Assembly: GCA_046757665.1 (NCBI GenBank)
Contig: JBHHYO010000049.1
Span: forward strand, 1 to 21,365
Origin: Nitrospinales bacterium
Lineage (GTDB): Bacteria > Nitrospinota > Nitrospinia > Nitrospinales > JAJDAT01
Reading direction: 5' to 3'
Length of the DNA stretch: 21,365 nt
Position 1 is the first letter of the stretch, and every line of letters starts with the position of its first letter. Made by a program: the position numbers and the translations under genes. Below, in pieces: positions 9,371 through 15,980 of the stretch. The notes below the pieces were generated by a model. That model worked only from the letters and a program-made list of their open reading frames with translations, was not told where the DNA came from and did no database searches.

Positions 9371-9799
9371 ATGGGAAAAAGAAGGCGTTCCAGGGAACTG
9401 GCGTTAAAATTTCTTTATCAATTCGAGTTGAATAAAGGCGACCTTGCCGAGCAATTGCCGTTGTTTATCGAACGGGAATCCGGGGATGATGAGACGGGGA
9501 AATTCGCCGTGGAATTGGTGCGCTCGACGATTGGGCGAAAAAAAGAAATCGACGCACTGCTTGAAAAATGCGCCGCCAACTGGACTCTCGACCGCATGGC
9601 CGTCATCGACCGGAACATTTTGCGGATGGCCGCTTGCGAGCTTCTGTTTCATAAAGACATCCCGCCGAAAGTAACGATCGACGAAGCTTTGGAGATCGCC
9701 AAAAAGTACGGCGACGCGGACTCCTCGGAATTTATCAACGGGGTGTTGGACCAGATCAAAAACGAAGCCGAAAAGGAGTCCCCTTCCGCCGCCGTTTAG
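9371..9799 (+). CDS. nusB: Transcription antitermination factor NusB
   Basis: Arg-rich N-terminus RRRSRELALKFLYQ, DRNILR, IDEALEIAKKYG and FINGVLD; conserved ribH-nusB order. Confidence 0.96.
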   Translation: MGKRRRSRELALKFLYQFELNKGDLAEQLPLFIERESGDDETGKFAVELVRSTIGRKKEIDALLEKCAANWTLDRMAVIDRNILRMAACELLFHKDIPPKVTIDEALEIAKKYGDADSSEFINGVLDQIKNEAEKESPSAAV

Positions 9800-9851
9800 C
9801 CAGGCCGCCTTCGATAGTCCGGGAGGGAATAAGCCGCCCGGCAAGTCGCTT

Positions 9852-10580
9852 ATGATTTACATCATCTTCTCCGACGTTCACAGCAACCTGGAAGCGTTGC
9901 AGACGTTCCTTGAGATTGCCGACGGAATCGTCCACGACAAAAAAGTCTGTCTGGGCGATCTGGTGGGTTATGGCGCCGACCCCAATCCCTGCATCGAGTT
10001 GGTCCGCGACCGGGCGGACCTTGTTCTCGGCGGCAACCATGATTACGCGGTAACGGGTAGAATGGATTTATCGCGGTTCAACGCTTATGCTTACCAGGCC
10101 TGTTTGTGGACCCGCGACCGGCTCACCCGGGAGAACCGGGAGTTTCTGGAAAGCCTGCCGGCACGCAGGGAAGAAGAGGGGGTTTGTTGGGCGCATTCTT
10201 CGCCATTTGAACCGGAGCAGTGGCATTATATTTTTTCCGTTGCCGACGGTGCGCGACAGTTCGATCATTTTAAAGCGCCTTTGTGTTTTGTCGGCCATAC
10301 TCACGTTCCGATGATTCTGGAGAAAACGCCAGACGGTGAAATCGCCGCGCACCCTATTGCCGATTTGAAACTGGTTCCGCGGAGCCGGTATATCGTCAAT
10401 GTCGGCAGTCTGGGCCAGCCCCGCGACGGCAATCCCGATCCGGCTTTTGTGATTTTTGATGACGATTCCATGATCGTTGAATACCGGAGGTTTACGTACG
10501 ATTACGCGACGACTCAAAATAAAATCGTTGGCAACGGTTTGCCCGGCTACCTTGCCGACCGCCTGAGCGTCGGCCGCTGA
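9852..10580 (+). CDS. Calcineurin-like metallophosphoesterase (Metallophos_2 type)
   Basis: Metal motifs SDVHSN, GDLVGYG, GNHD, AHSSP and GHTH, plus NVGSLGQPRDG. Confidence 0.92.
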   Translation: MIYIIFSDVHSNLEALQTFLEIADGIVHDKKVCLGDLVGYGADPNPCIELVRDRADLVLGGNHDYAVTGRMDLSRFNAYAYQACLWTRDRLTRENREFLESLPARREEEGVCWAHSSPFEPEQWHYIFSVADGARQFDHFKAPLCFVGHTHVPMILEKTPDGEIAAHPIADLKLVPRSRYIVNVGSLGQPRDGNPDPAFVIFDDDSMIVEYRRFTYDYATTQNKIVGNGLPGYLADRLSVGR

Positions 10581-10607
10581 CCTTCTTCCCGGAAAAATTT
10601 GGCTTCC

Positions 10608-10636
10608 TTGACCCCTCCTCGGAAAAATGATATCTT
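10608..10636 (+). promoter_or_regulatory. Putative sigma70 promoter for the amidase-der-MBL/cNMP unit
   Basis: TTGACC (10608-10613), a 17-nt spacer, and TATCTT (10631-10636) with an extended -10 TG at 10628-10629. Confidence 0.65.
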
Positions 10637-10714
10637 TAAGCCTATGAAATTACAGGGTTATAAGCCACCCTGTGACATTTAACTTTAGGTTTTGATGTCT
10701 CGTTTTTTTCTGCC

Positions 10715-12031
10715 ATGATTTTTTTCAAACGGTCCGCAAAATACAAGAATTCTTTCCCGGTTGTTTTGGCGGCAGGCTTGGCGATTCTTTTCATTGCCGC
10801 GGAAAGCCCGGCCAAAAAAGTTTCTCCGGAAACCGCTCTTTATAACCAGGCAAAAAAGAGTTACTACGCCCTGATCGGCTCCAAATCCCAAAAGGCGTTT
10901 CGCCACAACTGGATAAACGTCATAGAGAAATTCAAGAACGTATGGAAACGATATCCCCGTGGTGACGAGGCTCCGAAGGCGTTGTTTACGGTGGCAAAGC
11001 TGTATCACCGGTTTTACCTCGAGCACAAGGGCGCGGAGAATCTGGATCAGGCGTTGCGGTACTACCGCAAGGTGGTTTTGGATTTCACCGACAATCCGCT
11101 GGCGGATGATGCCTTGTTCCAGCAAGGCAATATTTTTCTGATCAAGAAAAATCAGGCTTTGGCGCGGGAGGCTTTTGCGGGGGTCGTGAAAAATTTTCCC
11201 CGGGGAGACCAGTCCGGCCTGGCCAAAAAAAAGCTTCTGGCCCTTGGTCCGCCAACCCACAAGAAAAACCGTGGCCGGAAGGTAAAGAAGAGCGTCAGGA
11301 AGAGCAAGCCGGTTAAAACGGCTTCGCGGGAAGGGCGTAAGCCCTTGATCGTCATTGACCCCGGACATGGCGGAAAGGATGCCGGCGCCCGGAGCAAAAA
11401 CGGCTTGCTGGAAAAACACGTGAACCTGGCAATCTCCAAACGTCTGAAAAAGATTTTGGAAACCAGGTATGACTATCAAATAATCATGACGCGCGAGGAC
11501 GATTCCTTTATTCCGCTGGACAAGCGGGGCGAAATCGCCAATCGGGAGAATGCCGACCTGTTTGTTTCCATCCATGTCAATGCCGCCCGGCGCGAGGGGG
11601 CCAATGGAATCGAGACCTATCATTTGGGCAGGGGCTCCAGCGAGCGCGCCCGGGAGACCGCCGCCCGGGAAAACGGCGATACGGTCTATTCCGTGCCCGA
11701 CAGCGAGGTGCAAAGAATCTTGACGGATATGATTACCAATCGAACCATGAACGATTCCTCCTGTCTTGCGAAGGCTGTTCAGAAAACCCTGACGAAAGGA
11801 ATTATCCGGAACTATCCCACGGTAAAAGACCTGGGAGTGAAAGACGGACCGTTTTATGTTCTGCATGACACCAAAATGCCGAGTATCCTTGTTGAGGTGG
11901 GATTTCTCACCAACCATATCGAACAACGCCGACTCGCCAGTTTTAAATATTTGGAACAATTGGCCGGGCATATTGCCCTTGGGATTCATGCCGCCATGCC
12001 CATTGAAAAGAAATGCGCGCCGACCATTTAG
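10715..12031 (+). CDS. N-acetylmuramoyl-L-alanine amidase (Amidase_3) with N-terminal signal/anchor and TPR-like region
   Basis: Hydrophobic N-terminal segment and TPR-like repeats (YPRGDEAPKALF, PLADDALF, FPRGD). Catalytic motifs IDPGHGGKD, LEK, FVSIHVNA and ILVEVGF. Confidence 0.92.
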   Translation: MIFFKRSAKYKNSFPVVLAAGLAILFIAAESPAKKVSPETALYNQAKKSYYALIGSKSQKAFRHNWINVIEKFKNVWKRYPRGDEAPKALFTVAKLYHRFYLEHKGAENLDQALRYYRKVVLDFTDNPLADDALFQQGNIFLIKKNQALAREAFAGVVKNFPRGDQSGLAKKKLLALGPPTHKKNRGRKVKKSVRKSKPVKTASREGRKPLIVIDPGHGGKDAGARSKNGLLEKHVNLAISKRLKKILETRYDYQIIMTREDDSFIPLDKRGEIANRENADLFVSIHVNAARREGANGIETYHLGRGSSERARETAARENGDTVYSVPDSEVQRILTDMITNRTMNDSSCLAKAVQKTLTKGIIRNYPTVKDLGVKDGPFYVLHDTKMPSILVEVGFLTNHIEQRRLASFKYLEQLAGHIALGIHAAMPIEKKCAPTI

Positions 12032-12046
12032 GCGGGAAGCAGGAAA

Positions 12047-13384
12047 ATGACGATCCCGTTGACGGTAATTATGGGCAGGGCCAATGTCGGCAAATCCACT
12101 CTTTTCAACAAAATTGTCGGCAAGCGTTCGGCCATTGTCAATAACCGGCCCGGCGTCACCCGCGACCGAAACTACGGCAAGGCCGACTGGTTCGGACGGT
12201 CATTCATGGTCATTGATACCGGCGGCGTGGATGCGGGCGGCGACGAACTGGAATCCCGCGTCAAGGAGCAGGCCCAACTGGCGCTGGATGAGGCGGATTC
12301 CATTGTCTTTGTCGTGGACGGCCGCCAGGGGCTGACTCCTCACGACAAAGAGGTGTTCGATCAGATCAGGAAAACGGCCAAGCCCTTGTTTTTGGCGGTT
12401 AACAAAATCGACGGACAAAAACAGGATGCGCTGACGCATGATTTCCTGCAATTGGGGGTGGAAAAAGTTTTCCCCCTTTCCGCCGAGCATGGAGACGGCG
12501 TTCTGGAGTTGATTGAGGAAGTGGTCCGGAGCCTGCCGGAACAAGTCGAGTCGGCGGAAGATGCGGATGCGATTAAAATCGCGATCCTGGGCAGACCCAA
12601 CGTCGGCAAATCTTCGCTGGTCAACAGTTTGTTGAAATCGCCGCGTTGCATCGTTTCGGAGATGGCGGGAACGACTCGGGATTCCATCGATTCGCATTTG
12701 GTTTATGAAGATGATTCCTACATCCTGATCGACACCGCGGGCATCCGGCGAAAAGGCAAAACCGTGCGTTTGCTGGACAAGTACAGCGTCATTATGGCCC
12801 TCAAGGCCGTGGACCGGTGCGATATCGCCCTGCTGGTCATCGACGGTTGGGAGGGAATAACCGACCAGGACGCCACCATTGCCGGATACGCCTATGAAAA
12901 AGGTTGCGGTTGCATTCTGGTCGTCAACAAATGGGACCTGGCGAAACGTCAGGGAAAGAAATTCGCGGAGGTCAGGGAAGAAATAAAGTACAAGACAAAA
13001 TTTCTGGACTTCGCTCCGATTTTAGCCGTTTCCGCGAAAACGGGGTATAATCTCGATAAAATTTTCCCGAAGGTGCGAGAAGTGTACCGCGAATATTCCA
13101 GGGAGCTGGGCACGGGAAAACTCAACAGTTGTTTTGAACGGGCTATCGAAAAGAACCCCATGAGTTCTTATCGAGGCAAATTTCTCAAACTGTTTTATTC
13201 TGCGCAGGTCAAGAATTGTCCGCCGACGTTTCGGTGTTTTGTGAATTATCCTGAGGGGATTCATTTCTCCTACAGGCGTTATTTAACCAACAGTTTGCGA
13301 AAAACTTTCGGACTGGCCGGGACGCCGGTGCGACTGGTTTTTTCCAAACGCCATGAACGGACCAAAAAAGATGGCGCGAGGTAA
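12047..13384 (+). CDS. der: Ribosome biogenesis GTPase Der (EngA)
   Basis: Two tandem G domains (GRANVGKS/GVTRD/DTGG/NKID and GRPNVGKS/GTTRD/DTAG/NKWD) and a C-terminal KH-like domain. Confidence 0.97.
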   Translation: MTIPLTVIMGRANVGKSTLFNKIVGKRSAIVNNRPGVTRDRNYGKADWFGRSFMVIDTGGVDAGGDELESRVKEQAQLALDEADSIVFVVDGRQGLTPHDKEVFDQIRKTAKPLFLAVNKIDGQKQDALTHDFLQLGVEKVFPLSAEHGDGVLELIEEVVRSLPEQVESAEDADAIKIAILGRPNVGKSSLVNSLLKSPRCIVSEMAGTTRDSIDSHLVYEDDSYILIDTAGIRRKGKTVRLLDKYSVIMALKAVDRCDIALLVIDGWEGITDQDATIAGYAYEKGCGCILVVNKWDLAKRQGKKFAEVREEIKYKTKFLDFAPILAVSAKTGYNLDKIFPKVREVYREYSRELGTGKLNSCFERAIEKNPMSSYRGKFLKLFYSAQVKNCPPTFRCFVNYPEGIHFSYRRYLTNSLRKTFGLAGTPVRLVFSKRHERTKKDGAR

Positions 13385-15779
13385 GGATTTCGAGCTTTTC
13401 CGAGGGAGAAATTACCGGGTTCTGAAAACCCGGGACTACGGCAATATTGTTTTCGGCTGTCCGCCGAGAATCATCAAGGATTTTGCCAAACGGGGGGAAG
13501 ACCTGCCCTCCCAGTATGTGTTTCCGATTCGGACATTCGTCAAGGGCCGGAACAATTTCGATTTTGAATTTATTATTTACAGTTTTCTTTTTTTGAAGTC
13601 GCAAAAAACCAGGATCACCATTTATTGCTCGGCGGACCAGGAAACCCGGTTCAGGATTATTCTGGAAGAAACTCTTTTCGGCCCTCGCTTTCATTATCTC
13701 ATTGAGGCTCAGTTCCGGAAAATTGCCATCAAGCACAAGTTTTCCTCGAAGGAAAACCGCCTCTATCATGCGTTTTTAAATAGTGTCGCCGCGGACCGGA
13801 AATTGTATGAGCTTTTCGGAGAGATGTTAAAAGCGCATGTCGATCAAAAAACCCTGGAGAAAGAACTCAAGGGATATTTTCAAGGCCTTGTGGCCCGGAA
13901 AAAATGGCTGGCCGGGAAAAATATTCGTAATCTGGCCGGTCAGCTGGCCGATAACTATGCGATCTGCGCCCAGTTGCGTAAAGAGATAGAGTTGTTCAGC
14001 CTTACCGAGGAAGAGAAACGCGGCGAATTCATCGACGAAACCTTGACGTTCCACCACTTTGATGAAAACCATGCCGTTTATATCGCCAACCGAAAAGACA
14101 AGCGCAAAAAACTCAAGGTGGTTCAGGTCCGTCCTTCGGTTTTTGAGATTTCCCGGGGAGGTAAACTGAAGTACTCCATCGATATGGTCAAAATGGAGCC
14201 GGTTAAAAAAACATTCGACGTACAACCTATTAAAAGGCCGTTCATGGGCGTCACCTTTTTGGGCACGGGGTCCGGCTTTACACCGAAATACGAAAATAGT
14301 TGCCTCATTGTCTGGACGGAAGGCAAGGGAATCATGGTGGACGTGGTAAGCGAAAGTTATTTCCTGGCCATGAAATACGGGATCACCAGCAATGACGTCA
14401 ATTACACGTTTCTGACTCATATCCATTCGGACCACGATGGCGGTATCCTGGAAAAAATACTTCATGGCAATCGTGTGAAAGTGATCTCCAGCCGCATCAT
14501 TTTTGAAAGTTTTTTGCGCAAGGTGGAGGCGATCACCTGCCTGCCCAAGAATGTGATCGGAGAATTTTGTGACTTCATTGAAGTGGAGCCTCACAAGACC
14601 ATCAAGTTGCCCGGTTTCAAAAACTCCTATTTTACGTTTGACTATTCATTGCATTCGATTCCGTCCGGGCGGTTTGCCTTGACCTACAAAAGCAACGGCG
14701 TCAAACGGACCATCAGCCATTCCGGCGACACCAAATACGATGAGGAGAAAATAAATAACTGGTACCGGCAAGGCGTATTTAGCGAAAAGCGCCGTGACGA
14801 TATCCTTGGATTTATTTGGGACGCCGACCTGATCATTCATGATGTCGGCGGCGGCGTTTTGCACACGGATCTGGATTCCCTGAAACAGATTGACCGTGAG
14901 TTGGCCAAAAAGATGATCCTCGTCCACCAGGATAACGTTCCGGACCCCAATTCCTCGTTCCGCTTTGCCCCGGAGGGGCAGACCGAAGTGGTGATTGAGG
15001 AGCAAAGAGACTCCAGCAGGGATGAGATGGAAACCATCAAACAAGCCATGCTGTTCAGCAAACTTCAGCAAAACCATTTGCTGGAATTGTTTTCCCGGTC
15101 GGAAGTCCAGCGATTGAAAGACAAGGAGATTGTCTTTTCACAAAATGATTTCGGGAAATTTTTTTACGTCATCCTGGAAGGGTTTGCCGAAATCATCATC
15201 GACGGCAAATTGCTGACCATTTACGAGAAAGGCAATTTTTTCGGCGAGCTTGCCATTGCCACCGGCAACCCTCTGCGCCGGGCAACGGTCCGCGCCAAGG
15301 GGTCGCTCACCTTGCTGAAAATCCACAAAAAATATTATAAACAGTTTCACCTCCCCGCCATTCAGGACAATCTGTATAAATTGAGAAATTACTTTACCGA
15401 TACGCTTAATCCCGGCCTTTTGGCCTCCCTGGCGTTTGGGAAATTGGTCCACTGGAATAAAAATGATACCTTAATAAACTATGGCAACCGGGATACCGAC
15501 ATGTATGTAATGCTCTCCGGCCAGATTCGCATTCTGGACAAGAACGGCAGGGACATCGCCGCTCTTGTCGATGGAGACATGGCGGGCGAAATCGCTTGTG
15601 TCAGAGGCGTGCCCCGCACCGCAACCGTTGTGGCGAAAACCGACGATGTGTATGCGATCCGCCTGGGGGCCGATGAAATCAAAAAGGTACTGAACCTGTT
15701 TCCGTTCTTTTTCGCGACGGTTTATCAGACGATAGAGAAACGGTTGGCCTCTTTAACTAGTTCCGCCAAAGGTTTTTAA
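13371..15779 (+). CDS. Metallo-beta-lactamase-fold hydrolase (putative cyclic-nucleotide phosphodiesterase or RNase Z-like) with two C-terminal cNMP-binding domains
   Basis: GVTFLGTGSG (14247-14276), HIHSDH (14418-14435), HSIP, SGDT and a late His. Phosphate-binding cassettes GELAIATGNPLRRAT (15243-15287) and GEIACVRGVPRTAT (15585-15626). Start is 13371 or 13353; both overlap the end of der. Confidence 0.85.
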   Translation: MARGKDFELFRGRNYRVLKTRDYGNIVFGCPPRIIKDFAKRGEDLPSQYVFPIRTFVKGRNNFDFEFIIYSFLFLKSQKTRITIYCSADQETRFRIILEETLFGPRFHYLIEAQFRKIAIKHKFSSKENRLYHAFLNSVAADRKLYELFGEMLKAHVDQKTLEKELKGYFQGLVARKKWLAGKNIRNLAGQLADNYAICAQLRKEIELFSLTEEEKRGEFIDETLTFHHFDENHAVYIANRKDKRKKLKVVQVRPSVFEISRGGKLKYSIDMVKMEPVKKTFDVQPIKRPFMGVTFLGTGSGFTPKYENSCLIVWTEGKGIMVDVVSESYFLAMKYGITSNDVNYTFLTHIHSDHDGGILEKILHGNRVKVISSRIIFESFLRKVEAITCLPKNVIGEFCDFIEVEPHKTIKLPGFKNSYFTFDYSLHSIPSGRFALTYKSNGVKRTISHSGDTKYDEEKINNWYRQGVFSEKRRDDILGFIWDADLIIHDVGGGVLHTDLDSLKQIDRELAKKMILVHQDNVPDPNSSFRFAPEGQTEVVIEEQRDSSRDEMETIKQAMLFSKLQQNHLLELFSRSEVQRLKDKEIVFSQNDFGKFFYVILEGFAEIIIDGKLLTIYEKGNFFGELAIATGNPLRRATVRAKGSLTLLKIHKKYYKQFHLPAIQDNLYKLRNYFTDTLNPGLLASLAFGKLVHWNKNDTLINYGNRDTDMYVMLSGQIRILDKNGRDIAALVDGDMAGEIACVRGVPRTATVVAKTDDVYAIRLGADEIKKVLNLFPFFFATVYQTIEKRLASLTSSAKGF

Positions 15780-15960
15780 CCGGGAAATTATGTGTGCTCG
15801 AAACCACTTGTGTGCAAATAAGTCAAGCGCCGCCACACCAGATTGATTGTTAGGGATCACCTGGCTGACGGCCCGATTTTTAAATAAAAGTCGGAATGAT
15901 GTCTGTATTCTTCTCATTCCAAGTTTGTCGACGGTAGTTCGCAAAACCAGGATCAAAAAG

Positions 15961-15976
15961 CTCCTTGTCGGGAGGT
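15961..15976 (+). promoter_or_regulatory. Shine-Dalgarno GGAGGT of the EF-G paralogue, partly paired in a short hairpin
   Basis: CTCCT-TGTC-GGGAG (15961-15974) can form a 5-bp stem. GGAGGT at 15971-15976 precedes the ATG at 15981. Confidence 0.5.
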
Positions 15977-15980
15977 GGAA

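Noticed and set aside
9852..10580. Metallophosphoesterase as effector or partner of the NACHT protein or the cNMP enzyme
   Set aside because: An ordinary stand-alone family member, separated from NACHT by the rib operon and from the MBL gene by a promoter; the sequence gives no evidence for a link.
15843..15860. TTGAT...ATCAC as an FNR box
   Set aside because: The spacer is 8 nt rather than the required 4.
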